A stretch of DNA of 64,000 bases from an uncultured bacterium (GTDB taxonomy: Bacteria > Verrucomicrobiota > Verrucomicrobiia > Limisphaerales > UBA8199): the NCBI GenBank assembly GCA_963749495.1, contig CAVVMW010000001.1:704001-768000 (forward strand), written 5' to 3'. Shown here piece after piece: positions 51,417 to 61,095 of the stretch (positions are counted from its first letter, which is position 1; each line of letters begins with the position of its first letter). The translations under genes and the position numbers were made by a program. The notes beneath the pieces were generated by a model. The model was not told where the DNA came from. It searched no databases and worked only from the letters and a program-made list of their open reading frames with translations.

Positions 51417-52499
51417 ATGCGAAACCCGAATCGAGTGAGTGTTCCGAAGCCGATCCGTTGCGAGTCGTTGTTCCTGCTGCTGCCGGCATTGTTGCTCCTG
51501 CCGGGGGCGGGCGTGGGCAACGCCCAGACGCCGCTGCGCCAGCAGTTGCAGGCGCTGCCCTTCAAAATCGCCCATGAATGCTACGTGGATGGCAACTGGG
51601 AGATCTTCGTGATGAACGCCGACGGCTCGCAGCCCGTGAACCTGACGCGCACGCCCAACGTACACGAGCATTACCCGCAAATCTCGCCCGACGCCGCGAA
51701 GATGGCCTTTGCGGTCGATCAAGGGGATGGGCGCGAGGCGGTCCGCAGCTTGTGGGTCATGGACATTGACGGCCGGAACCGGAGGAAGCTGGCGGACCAC
51801 GCGCGGGAGGCCTTCTGGAGCCCGGATAGCAAGGTCATCGGTTTCTTGCCGCAGGAGTTTCCGAAGTTCAACGTGATGGATTATTCCACCAAGGGCATGA
51901 GTTTCTGCGACCTGGCGACGGGCAAGGTCGAGCCGCACGTCAACAGCGCCAACCTGCACCATCTCTATAACCCAAGCTGGTCGGCCAACGGCAAATGGAT
52001 AACCGCCACGGTCCACGCCGGGATGGGGGTGGACCATGCCATCCTGCTCATCGAGGCGCGGGGCGACCGGGTCATCAACCTGAAGATCCCCGGCTGCCGC
52101 CCCTGCTTCAGCCCGGATGGCAGGCAGATCGCCTGGGGCGCCGGCGACCACGAGATCGGCGTGGGCTCGATTGACCTGGACGCCGACCCGCCCGTCATGG
52201 GTCCGTGGCGCGTGCGCGTCAAAGACGCGGTCAATGAGACCTACCACGTCAACTGGTCGCCCGACAGCCGGTTTCTCTGCTTCAGCCGCGGCCCCGCCAG
52301 CAAAGGCGACCCCACCAAGGCGGGGACCTTCCTCTCCGCGTGCGAAATCGTGGGCGTTTATGCCGCCGATTGGAACCTCTGCGTCGTCTCGGCCGAGCGC
52401 CAAGGCACGCTCGACCTGGGCGCCTGCTCCGACTCGGACTTCGCCATGCTCACCACCAACGGGCTGAGCAACAAGGAGCCGGCGTGGTTTCGAAAATAA
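51417..52499 (+). CDS. TolB-like PD40 beta-propeller secreted protein
   Basis: GNWEIFVMNADGS and repeated (W/F)SPDG motifs; signal peptide. Confidence 0.8.
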   Translation: MRNPNRVSVPKPIRCESLFLLLPALLLLPGAGVGNAQTPLRQQLQALPFKIAHECYVDGNWEIFVMNADGSQPVNLTRTPNVHEHYPQISPDAAKMAFAVDQGDGREAVRSLWVMDIDGRNRRKLADHAREAFWSPDSKVIGFLPQEFPKFNVMDYSTKGMSFCDLATGKVEPHVNSANLHHLYNPSWSANGKWITATVHAGMGVDHAILLIEARGDRVINLKIPGCRPCFSPDGRQIAWGAGDHEIGVGSIDLDADPPVMGPWRVRVKDAVNETYHVNWSPDSRFLCFSRGPASKGDPTKAGTFLSACEIVGVYAADWNLCVVSAERQGTLDLGACSDSDFAMLTTNGLSNKEPAWFRK

Positions 52500-52529
52500 A
52501 GGCTAAAGGCTAAAGTGCGGAGCGCCAGG

Positions 52530-52872
52530 GCCGAAGGCCCGTCATGTGATAGCCCGGGCTGGAGCGGAGCGGAGGCCCGGGTAAGCGAATGCCCCTCGAA
52601 AGCGCCCCCGGCCTGCAAGCCCGGGACCCCTTGCCCGGCAATCCGAGTCTTGTGGCGCCCTCCCCATGAACCGACCCCAAACCCGAAGGTTTTGGACTGC
52701 GGCAGTCCAAAACGCTTCGCGGGACGGGAACGCAGTGTCGAGGTTCAGCGGCGCAAAGCGCGAATTCGTTCCGGGAATTTTTACAGGGCGCGGGCGGCCA
52801 TGGGCCGATGACCTGGGCCTCCGCTCGCAAGCTCGCTCCAGCCCAGGCTCTCACATTTCGGGCTTTCAGCCC
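52530..52872. repeat. REPIN-like family I enclosing a family H fragment
   Basis: Left arm GCCGAAGGCCCG..TGTGATAGCCCGGGCTGGAGCG pairs with right arm CGCTCCAGCCCAGGCTCTCACA..CGGGCTTTCAGC. Confidence 0.7.
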
Positions 52873-52997
52873 GAGGACGGGCGCATTCCGGGGGGAATGT
52901 CTGGATGCACCCGCTATCCCCGTTCACACCCCCGCTCTCCACGCTCTGACACTTTAGCCTTTAGCCTTTAGCCTTTAGCCTTTAGCCTTTCGGCCTC

Positions 52998-54467
52998 ATG
53001 CTCAATCAACTGACCATTTCTGAGCTGGTGGACAAACTACGCAGCGGCCAGACCACATCGAGGGCGGCCATGGCGGCCTGCCTGGAACGGATTCGGAGTG
53101 TGGACGGGCGGCTTGGGGCGTTCATCAGTTATGATGAAGCGGATGCGTTAAGCCAGGCGGGGGAGGCGGACCGGGCGCTGGCGGGGGGACAGACCCACGC
53201 CGAGCGGCCGCTGCTGGGGGTGCCGATCGCCGTCAAGGACGTCATTGCGGTCAAGGGCCAACCGCTCAATTGCGGTTCGAAGATCCTCGGCCACTACGTG
53301 TCCCCGTTCGACGCAACGGTGATCGAGAGGCTCAAGGGGGCCGGGGCGGTGATCTTTGGGCGGCTGAACATGGACGAGTTTGCCATGGGCAGTTCGACGG
53401 AGAACTCGGCCTTCCAGGTCACGCGCAATCCCTGGGACGAGTCGCGAGTGGCGGGCGGTTCCTCCGGCGGTTCGGCGGCGGCGGCAGCCGCCGATGAATG
53501 CCTGGCTGCCCTGGGCTCGGATACGGGCGGTTCGATTCGCCAGCCGGCATCGTTTTGCGGGTGCGTGGGGCTCAAGCCCTCTTATGGCCGGGTCTCGCGT
53601 TACGGGTTGGTGGCGTATGCCTCGTCGCTGGATCAGATCGGCTGCCTGACCAAGGACGTGCGGGACGCGGCAGCGCTGCTGGAAGTGATTGCCGGTGCGG
53701 ACCCTCGCGATTCGAGCAGCGTGCCCCAACCCGTGCCGGCCTACACCGCCGGGCTGACGGGCGAAATCAAGGGTCTGAAGCTGGGCCTGGCCAAGGAATA
53801 CATGGTGGGCGGCCTGGACGCGCAGGTCAAGGCGGCCATCAACGGCGCGGTGCTGCAACTGGGGCGGCTCGGCGCGGAAGTGATCGAGGTCTCGCTGCCC
53901 CACACCCAGTACGCTACGGCTGCCTACTACATCATCGCCACCGCCGAGGCCAGCGCCAACCTCGCCCGGTTCGACGGCATACGCTACGGCGCCCGGGTCG
54001 AGGGCGCGGACCCCATCGAGCTTTACGGCAAAACGCGCGGGGCCGGGTTCGGCGACAAGGTCAAGCGCCGCATCCTCCTGGGCACTTACGTCCTGAGCAG
54101 CGGCTACTACGACGCCTATTACCTGCGCGCGCAAAAGGTCCGCACGCTGATTCGCAAGGACTTTCTGGAGGCCTTCGAAACGGTGGACGCCATCCTCACG
54201 CCGGTGGCCCCCACCCCCGCGTTCAAGATCGGCGAAAAGTCCGATGACCCGCTGCAGATGTATTTGTCCGACATCTTCACTATTTCGTGCAACCTGGCCG
54301 GCCTGTGCGGCATCAGCGTGCCTTGCGGTTTCACGCCCCCTTGCGATACACCCGAGGGGCCTCGGCCCAGGTTGCCCGTCGGCCTGCAACTGCTCTGCAA
54401 GCCCTTTAACGAGCCAACGCTCCTGCGCATCGCGCATGCCTACGAAGTAGCGCATGGTTGCTCGTGA
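52998..54467 (+). CDS. gatA: Asp/Glu-tRNA amidotransferase subunit A
   Basis: [55 protein letters not shown]. Confidence 0.97.
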   Translation: MLNQLTISELVDKLRSGQTTSRAAMAACLERIRSVDGRLGAFISYDEADALSQAGEADRALAGGQTHAERPLLGVPIAVKDVIAVKGQPLNCGSKILGHYVSPFDATVIERLKGAGAVIFGRLNMDEFAMGSSTENSAFQVTRNPWDESRVAGGSSGGSAAAAAADECLAALGSDTGGSIRQPASFCGCVGLKPSYGRVSRYGLVAYASSLDQIGCLTKDVRDAAALLEVIAGADPRDSSSVPQPVPAYTAGLTGEIKGLKLGLAKEYMVGGLDAQVKAAINGAVLQLGRLGAEVIEVSLPHTQYATAAYYIIATAEASANLARFDGIRYGARVEGADPIELYGKTRGAGFGDKVKRRILLGTYVLSSGYYDAYYLRAQKVRTLIRKDFLEAFETVDAILTPVAPTPAFKIGEKSDDPLQMYLSDIFTISCNLAGLCGISVPCGFTPPCDTPEGPRPRLPVGLQLLCKPFNEPTLLRIAHAYEVAHGCS

Positions 54468-55467
54468 GGGTCCAGAGCCAGTGGTTCATCATTTCGGCGT
54501 TCGTTTTGTCGGTCCAATGCTTGAAGAGGGGCGCGGCGTTGCCCAGGGGCCGGCGCTGGAAGGCGGGATGGATTTCCAGCGTGAACGAGAGCGGGGCGGG
54601 CGCGATGGACTCAAAGGCCCGGGCGACGATGCGGGCCAGGCCCTCGGGACCAAAGAGGAGGGGCGCTGAGCGGCGTCCTCGAAACTCGAAGGGCAACGGA
54701 ATGTCGGCCAGGAAGCTCAGGTGATCGGAGACCCCAAAGGGGCTGACCGTCGAGAGCGGGTGGCCGTCGTGCAGATGAAAATGCACCGCCTTGCCAAGGC
54801 GGCCAATGACCGCGATGAGGTCCAGGACGGCCGGGAGCGCGGAGCGGACGGCGCGCTCCACCTCGGGCATGAGTTTGGGCAGGGCAGGGGGCTGGGACTT
54901 GAGCGAACAGACGTCCTGGCCGCGATGGCTCAGCGCGTAGGTCTGCCTGGCCTTCCAGATGCCGACGTGGCCCACATTGATGCAGGCGCCCAGACGGCCC
55001 AGGTCACGGATGGCGGCATGGAACCGCGCGAAGAACTCCGGCTCCAACCCGGCGGCGTTTTCAATGAAAAGCATGGGACCGGCGCCGGCCTGTTCCAGGG
55101 CCTCTTCCATTTGCCAGGCCCCATCGAGATAGGCCTGCGGGCGTTGCTCGAGGTCGGCGTGGTCGTGGAGGACCATGCCGGAAATGCGCCCTGCCAGGCG
55201 CGCGGCAAACTCGACGATGCGCCGGCGGCTGCCCGCCTCGGCCAGGTTCAGTTCGCGTGGCAGGTGGACCACCACGGGGGCCTCTGGGCCGGGCCGGAAT
55301 CGAAGCGCCTGCTCCAATTGCTCGGGTGTGGGGGCGTGCATCTCCGCGCCCAATCCTGCCTGCCGGAAACGCAGCCGGGCCAGTTCCATCAGGCTGTCGT
55401 CGCCTTCGATGCGCTTTTCGAAGAGACCGAGCAACTCGGCGCGGCAGGCGTGCGGACGAGGCTTCAC
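54406..55467 (-). CDS. TIM-barrel (xylose isomerase/AP endonuclease-like) protein
   Basis: [33 protein letters not shown] and TLEIH metal-ligand pattern. Confidence 0.65.
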   Translation of the reverse strand: MKPRPHACRAELLGLFEKRIEGDDSLMELARLRFRQAGLGAEMHAPTPEQLEQALRFRPGPEAPVVVHLPRELNLAEAGSRRRIVEFAARLAGRISGMVLHDHADLEQRPQAYLDGAWQMEEALEQAGAGPMLFIENAAGLEPEFFARFHAAIRDLGRLGACINVGHVGIWKARQTYALSHRGQDVCSLKSQPPALPKLMPEVERAVRSALPAVLDLIAVIGRLGKAVHFHLHDGHPLSTVSPFGVSDHLSFLADIPLPFEFRGRRSAPLLFGPEGLARIVARAFESIAPAPLSFTLEIHPAFQRRPLGNAAPLFKHWTDKTNAEMMNHWLWTLTSNHALLRRHARCAGALAR

Positions 55468-55619
55468 GGAGGGCCTCCGCCGAACCGGACGTTCTTTGAG
55501 GGTATGGACGGTAAAGCGGCGGGATGCGCCGCACTCCAGGCGCTTCGCGTTTCACAGTTCACGTTTCACGTTTCACGTTTCACGTTTCACGTTTCGCCGG
55601 TCCATGGAAAGTTCCCTGG

Positions 55620-58600
55620 TCAATGCCTCAGCCCCTGCTGTGCCCGGGCCTGGACCAGGTAGATGTCCCGGGCGAGCACGGCGCCCTCGACGTCCTGGGG
55701 GGCTCCGAAGGCCTCCTCGACGCGGCGCGCGATGACCGCCAAACGCCCGCCCAGGTCCCTTCGCGCCTCCGTGTCGCAGGACAATGAGACGCGCGAATAA
55801 TCCACGGTCTGGCGCCAGACGCCGGAGGGTCGAGGGTCGAGGGTCGAGGGAAGGGACCTCCGTCCCTCGTCCCTCGTCCCTCGCCCCTCGCCCCTCGTCT
55901 CTCGCCCCTCGCCCCTCGCCCCTCGACCCTCCTGTCCGGTTCGGAGTGCCTGGCTGAAGTTGGCGAAGGCAAGGGTGCGAACTTGTCCGGAGTGTTTGTT
56001 GCACACCAGGCGGTAGGGATTGCCGGGCATCGCGCCCGAGACGAGGGTCTGGCCCAGGCCGACCGCCAGCTCGGCATAGACCTCGCGCGAGTTGCCGTCG
56101 AGCGGATTGACCGTGTGCAGGACGAATGAGAAGTCCGGGTCGAGCAGCAACTGGATCAACACAGCCATCCGGACCTGGTCGTGCGGGACGCCGCCCTGCT
56201 TGCGGCTCGAGGCGGCGCGCTGTGTCCAGAGCGAGGCCCACACGGCCCGGACGGCCGAGGCCACTTGCGCCGGGGGAACATTGGCGATGGATTCATAGAG
56301 GCCAGCGCCCGCCATGTCCGGCAGGTCCTCGCAGTTGGCGCTGGAGCGGACCATAAGGCGGTCCCTCGGGCGAAAGCGGCGGCCGACTTCGATGGCAACC
56401 CCTTGAGGCACGTCGATCCGGCCGATGATCTCGCGCAGGCGCCCGGTTGCCGCGGCGAACTCTTGGGCAGGCATCCGGTCCAGATCCCGGCACAACTGGT
56501 GGTATTCCGCCTCGGCCTGCGGGGCCGCGTGCAGGCCCTGCTCCATCACGCCCAATGGAACCACCAATCCGGGGCTGGTCTTGAAGCCGGCCCCGGGCTG
56601 GCGCGCCAATTCCTCCAGACGGCGGGCGCCTGCCGCCTTGCCCCCGCCCGAGCCCGGCACGAGTTGCTCGAGGGCCACGCACGGCGGCTTGGGGGCCAGC
56701 CGGGCGGGAGGGATGCGCGCCGGTTGGCGCCCGGCCTGGCTGGAGGCGGGGCATTCCGCCGCCGCCCATTCCACCTTCTCGGCAGTGGCCGTCAAGGTAA
56801 TCACTTGCCCTTGAAGGTCTTTGAGGCGGGCCCACTCGGCCGCCTCCTCGCAGCAAACCAGGACGACGCCCCCCTGCCGCGCCCGGACGCCCAGGTGCGA
56901 CAGATGAGGCAAGTCGTGGGCGAGCACGATGCCCCGGACGTTGGCGGGGATTTCCTCATCGCCTTCCGCATGGTCCAGGAGCGCCAGCACGGGCTGGCCC
57001 GAATCCTCGAGCCTGCGGACGGCCCGCAGGCGGCCTGTGGCCCGACCGCTGACCAGCACGTCCCACGGGGGCAACTGCAGCCGGGCGCGCAGGCGGCGCA
57101 AGAGGGCCGCAGCCAGCCTGGAGAGCTGGAAGACAAGATGGCCGCGGATTTCAGCCTCGGCGAAAACGCGGATGGCGTGCTCGGCGACGCCCAGGGCGCA
57201 CCCGAGCCGTTCGGCCTCGGTTGAAAACAACGCGGCGATGCGCCGGCTCTGCTCCTGGGCCAGGCGCAGACTGCGATCCATGGTCGCTTTGAGGCGCAGC
57301 AGCGGCTCGCTCTGGCCGCTATCCAGAGCCTGTCCCAAAAGCTCTGGTTCCGGACCTTTGTCGCAGCCCTTGTCGGTGCCTTTGTCGAAAAAGGGCCAAT
57401 CCGACAAAGGTTTCGACAAAGGCTGCGACAAAGGTCTGCTACTCGCGGGGCTCTTGGGACAGGTTCTATCCAAGTCCGGCCCCCAGGCGCGCAACTCCGA
57501 TTCGATGGCGGCGCATTCCTCGGGTTCGACACTGCTCAGCGCCAGGTTCGCAACCGTCAGCAGGAGCGTCTCCAGCCACAACCGCATCTGCTCCCCGCCG
57601 CCGCCCTCCAGGGCGTTGATCATCCGGCTCAAGAGAGAGAAGGCGAAATCCTCCAGGGCGATGTCGGCGAGCAGGAATGGCTCGGTTTCCTGGCCTGGCT
57701 CGCGCCGGGTGCGGTCCAGGCAGAGGCGGCGCACCCCGCTCAGGGCCCTGAGCGCGCCCAGTTGGCCGGACAGCCCGGCGCCCGCCTTTTGGCTGAGAAA
57801 GGAACGGATCAGCGCGGCTCCATCGGCGCCGGCCTTATCGAGGAGCGCCTCCAACCGCTCGTCCAGGGAATGGGCGTTGAAGAACTCCCGGAGTTCATGG
57901 TGGAAGATCTTGAACTGTTCGACAAAATCAGGCGAGTAATTTGCGCCGGGAGCGGTGATGCGGTCCAGGAGGGCTGTGGCCGTGACGAGGTCCTCGGGCC
58001 CCGCGCAGCGATGGAGCTTGTTTTGGAGGGACTCCTTGATCTCGCGTTTGAGCTCGGAGGGGATGTCGTTCCGGTGGGCGATGTCTCGGATGCGGGTGAG
58101 GGGCTCGGCGCGTTGAAACGGCTGGGCGGTCGAGGGCAGCCATGGATGGATCTTGCGCGCGATGAGGGCCTGCTCGGCGGTGGGCAATCGGGCCAGCCGC
58201 CGCTGGATGTCCAGGGCGATGCGCGCATGATGGGCCGGGCGAAAATGCCGGCCATCCTCGGCGCAACGGACCTGGCCCGTCCCGAGAAACCGCAGATAGA
58301 TCGCCACGTCCACCAGTTGCTCCTTGGACAGCGGGGCGGGCTTCCGGGCCAGGCGCTCGCGCACCCAATCCAGCTTCTCCCGCCAACTGCGGCAGCGCCG
58401 GTCTGCGGCCGCCAGTTCGCCGACGAAGTCCGGCTCACCTTGCCCTGCGGACGCCCCCTCACCCCGGCCCTCTCCCCGTCCGACGGGGAGAGGGAGGAGA
58501 GTCGGCCGACGCTCCGACAACCCTATGCTCTCGGGAATCTCCCTGCCGGCGCCCGGTTCCTCCCTCTCCCCATCCGATGGGGAGAGGGCCGGGGTGAGGG

Positions 58601-59450
58601 GTCCCCCGGGCGCCGGTGACGCGCGAGACGGGGAGGCTTGCGCCGCTGAGGCCGCCTCGTCAAACAATTGCAGGAGGCGGTCGCGGGCGGCGTTCAGGAG
58701 AGAGGGCGGGTGTGGCCATTGCTCGAGGATGATCGAGCCGGAGAAATTGCGGCGGGCCAGGCGCTCCAGGAGGTGGCGCACCCCCGACTCATCGCGCGCG
58801 GCAGGGCCTGTGAAGAGCGGCAAGTGGCTGTCGGCATCACCCCAGTTTTCGTGGAGATGGAGGTGGATGATCGGCAGGCGCGGGTCGAGCCGGTCCAGGA
58901 ACTCGAGGTAGCGGTTGTGCGTCGCCTCGCAGAGATTGGCATGGCCTACGTCCAGGCACATGCCAACCTGGGCGGCGGGCGCGGAGTGTGGCGCGCGCAG
59001 CAACTCGAACAGCTCATTGAACAATTCCGGGGAGTGCTGGGGCGTGTTCTCGATGGCCAGGCAAATCCCCGCTGCCGCCGCGCGCCGGACCAGGGGGAGA
59101 ATGGCCTCGACAAAGGCCGGCGCTCCTTGCTCCGCATAGAGGTGGATGTTCAGCAACTCCGCCCCGAGGTCCCGGGCCAATTCCAGATCCTTCCACAGCC
59201 AGGCCCTGCACTCCGCCTGCAGCGGGTTTGCCTGCCAGCGGGCGTGGACCGACATGCGCACCCCTGCAGCGCGCGCCCGCTCCCGAATCCGCGCCCGCAA
59301 CGGCGCCGCAAGATCCGCCTCGTCCCATCCCGCCGCCTCGCCATGCCGGTCGGGAAACCACTCAAAGGCATCGAACCCGGCCGCCAGGGCGTACTCGAAC
59401 GGGACCAGCGGCGGGGCGGCGAACGATGTCTGGTTGCCGATGTGTATCAT
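55620..59450 (-). CDS. Phosphoglucan water dikinase (PWD/GWD3)-like protein with N-terminal TIM barrel
   Basis: TIM motifs (FEW, SVH, IENTP, LDVGHA, HLHEN, ILE). PWD motifs SWREKL, AIYLRFLGTGQVRCAEDGRHFRPAHHA, PLTRIRDIAHRNDIP..LK.EIK..LQNKLHRCAGPEDL. Phospho-His motif LPHLSHLGVRARQ. Nucleotide-binding domain VRSSANCEDL...GAGLYES, GLGQTLV, QDVEG, QARAQ. Confidence 0.88.
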   Translation of the reverse strand: MIHIGNQTSFAAPPLVPFEYALAAGFDAFEWFPDRHGEAAGWDEADLAAPLRARIRERARAAGVRMSVHARWQANPLQAECRAWLWKDLELARDLGAELLNIHLYAEQGAPAFVEAILPLVRRAAAAGICLAIENTPQHSPELFNELFELLRAPHSAPAAQVGMCLDVGHANLCEATHNRYLEFLDRLDPRLPIIHLHLHENWGDADSHLPLFTGPAARDESGVRHLLERLARRNFSGSIILEQWPHPPSLLNAARDRLLQLFDEAASAAQASPSRASPAPGGPLTPALSPSDGEREEPGAGREIPESIGLSERRPTLLPLPVGRGEGRGEGASAGQGEPDFVGELAAADRRCRSWREKLDWVRERLARKPAPLSKEQLVDVAIYLRFLGTGQVRCAEDGRHFRPAHHARIALDIQRRLARLPTAEQALIARKIHPWLPSTAQPFQRAEPLTRIRDIAHRNDIPSELKREIKESLQNKLHRCAGPEDLVTATALLDRITAPGANYSPDFVEQFKIFHHELREFFNAHSLDERLEALLDKAGADGAALIRSFLSQKAGAGLSGQLGALRALSGVRRLCLDRTRREPGQETEPFLLADIALEDFAFSLLSRMINALEGGGGEQMRLWLETLLLTVANLALSSVEPEECAAIESELRAWGPDLDRTCPKSPASSRPLSQPLSKPLSDWPFFDKGTDKGCDKGPEPELLGQALDSGQSEPLLRLKATMDRSLRLAQEQSRRIAALFSTEAERLGCALGVAEHAIRVFAEAEIRGHLVFQLSRLAAALLRRLRARLQLPPWDVLVSGRATGRLRAVRRLEDSGQPVLALLDHAEGDEEIPANVRGIVLAHDLPHLSHLGVRARQGGVVLVCCEEAAEWARLKDLQGQVITLTATAEKVEWAAAECPASSQAGRQPARIPPARLAPKPPCVALEQLVPGSGGGKAAGARRLEELARQPGAGFKTSPGLVVPLGVMEQGLHAAPQAEAEYHQLCRDLDRMPAQEFAAATGRLREIIGRIDVPQGVAIEVGRRFRPRDRLMVRSSANCEDLPDMAGAGLYESIANVPPAQVASAVRAVWASLWTQRAASSRKQGGVPHDQVRMAVLIQLLLDPDFSFVLHTVNPLDGNSREVYAELAVGLGQTLVSGAMPGNPYRLVCNKHSGQVRTLAFANFSQALRTGQEGRGARGEGRETRGEGRGTRDEGRRSLPSTLDPRPSGVWRQTVDYSRVSLSCDTEARRDLGGRLAVIARRVEEAFGAPQDVEGAVLARDIYLVQARAQQGLRH
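57325..57467. mobile_element. MITE inserted in frame in the PWD-like gene
   Basis: Ends AGAGCCTGTCCCAA / TTGGGACAGGTTCT. CTATCCA repeated at 57319 and 57466 (147 bp = 49 codons). Internal CTTTGTCG/CGACAAAG units, also seen at 63250-63290. Confidence 0.8.
58455..58601. repeat. REP family A copy in frame within the PWD-like gene
   Basis: Matches 3190-3335; translated as PLTPALSPSDGERE...GRGEGRGEG. Confidence 0.88.
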
Positions 59451-60916
59451 GCCCCGGCCTTGATGTGGTGGTAGATGTTGATGTAATCCTGGCCCGGGCG
59501 GTTCCAGGAACAATCGTAGCGCATGCCGTTGACCATGAGTTCCCGGAAGTATTTCGGATAGCTAAACCACATGCCGATGGCGCGGTGGAGCGCCGATTCG
59601 AGGCCCTGCCAGTTGTAGTCGTTGAAGACATAGCCGTTGCGCTCGTGGTAGGGCTTGTGGGCGTAATCGGCGTCGAAGACGGTGTCGGCCAGGCCGCCGG
59701 TGTTGCGGACCACGGGGACGGCGCCGTATTTCAAGCCGATGATCTGGGCCAGGCCGCACGGTTCGTATTGGCTGGGGACCAGGAGCAGGTCGGCGCCGGC
59801 GTAGATGAGGTGGGCCAGTTCTTCGTCGTAGCCGATCTCGAGGTGGCAGTCGGGGTGATCGTTGAAGCGTCGTTTGAGGCGCCAGAAGGCCTCGTTGACA
59901 TGGCCATGAGGGCTGGAGCCCAGCAGGACGAACTGGCAGCCGTGGTCCAGGCAGTAAGGCACGGCGTCGAAGATGAGGTCCACGCCCTTCTGGTGGTCCA
60001 GGCGGCCGACGAAGGCGACGATGGGTTGGTAGTCGTGCCGGAGCCACAACCGCTCGCGGAGGGCCTGTTTGTTGGCGTATTTGTCCTGGAGGGTATCAAT
60101 GGAGTAGCGCCTGGGGATATGAGGGTCCGTCTCGGGGTTCCAGACGTTGCAGTCGATGCCGTTCATGACGCCGCCCAACTTCTGGTGGTGGACGTTGAGG
60201 ATGCGCTGGAGGCCCATGCCCAGCGGTGTGGTCTGGATTTCCCGGGCATAAGTGGGGGAGACGGTAGTGACGAAATTGGAATAGACGATGCCGCCCTTCA
60301 TCAGGTTGGCGCAGCCGGGGTAGGAGTCGTCCAGGAGGCGGTCGCGGTTCATGAGCGCGCGCGGGTCCAGCCCCACCTCGCGCAGGACGTGCTCCCCCAG
60401 TTGGCCCTGGTGGCCGACATTGTGGAGCGTGAAGCAAACACGGGGGCGCCTCATGCCCAGGTGCTGGTAGATCTCGTAGAGCAGCACCGGCGCCAGGGCC
60501 GTCTGCCAGTCGTGACAGTGGATCACCTCGGGGTGTTTGTTGGCCTTGAGCATGAACTCGAGGGCCGCCCGGCAGAAAAAGGCGAATCGCTCGCCGTCAC
60601 GGTCCCCGTAGAAATGGCCCCGGTTGAAGAAGTTGTGCTGCGAATGCGCGTCGATGAAGAAGCATTTGACGCCATCGACGAACCCAAAATAAACGTCGCA
60701 ATGGATCCACTGATCGTAAAATGGCACCCAGAGATCCGCATAGGACCTGGTCAACCCGTAGATCCGGTCGTAGCGCATGCAATCGTACTTCGGCAGAATG
60801 ACCTCGACCGCGTGGCCGCGCAGGGCCATCTCCCGCGACAGCCCGTGTACCACGTCGCCCAACCCGCCGACCTTGGCCGCAGGGGCGCACTCCGTAGCTA
60901 CCATGACGATGAACAT
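59447..60916 (-). CDS. glgA: Glycogen/starch synthase (GT5)
   Basis: ECAPAAKVGGLGDVV, HCHDWQTA, FTLHN, TTVSPTYA, GRLDHQKG, PSQYEPCGL, TGGLADTV. Confidence 0.96.
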   Translation of the reverse strand: MFIVMVATECAPAAKVGGLGDVVHGLSREMALRGHAVEVILPKYDCMRYDRIYGLTRSYADLWVPFYDQWIHCDVYFGFVDGVKCFFIDAHSQHNFFNRGHFYGDRDGERFAFFCRAALEFMLKANKHPEVIHCHDWQTALAPVLLYEIYQHLGMRRPRVCFTLHNVGHQGQLGEHVLREVGLDPRALMNRDRLLDDSYPGCANLMKGGIVYSNFVTTVSPTYAREIQTTPLGMGLQRILNVHHQKLGGVMNGIDCNVWNPETDPHIPRRYSIDTLQDKYANKQALRERLWLRHDYQPIVAFVGRLDHQKGVDLIFDAVPYCLDHGCQFVLLGSSPHGHVNEAFWRLKRRFNDHPDCHLEIGYDEELAHLIYAGADLLLVPSQYEPCGLAQIIGLKYGAVPVVRNTGGLADTVFDADYAHKPYHERNGYVFNDYNWQGLESALHRAIGMWFSYPKYFRELMVNGMRYDCSWNRPGQDYINIYHHIKAGA

Positions 60917-61095
60917 AATGTGAGCGTTTATATTGCCAGCAACGACAAGATAGCACCAGTCCCGCCTGAAGGCAGCACACGGCATTTTCTCATTTGCTCA
61001 AAAGGAGGTCTCGTGTTACTGAAACGCCTGGTCGCCACCCCACTGGCGGAATTGGATTGCTTCGCTGCGGGGCGGTCCCATGCTTTGGCTGATCC

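Noticed and set aside
55620..59450. Ordinary PEP synthase, PPDK or rifampin phosphotransferase
   Set aside because: The His domain precedes the nucleotide-binding domain, and PWD-specific motifs are present upstream.
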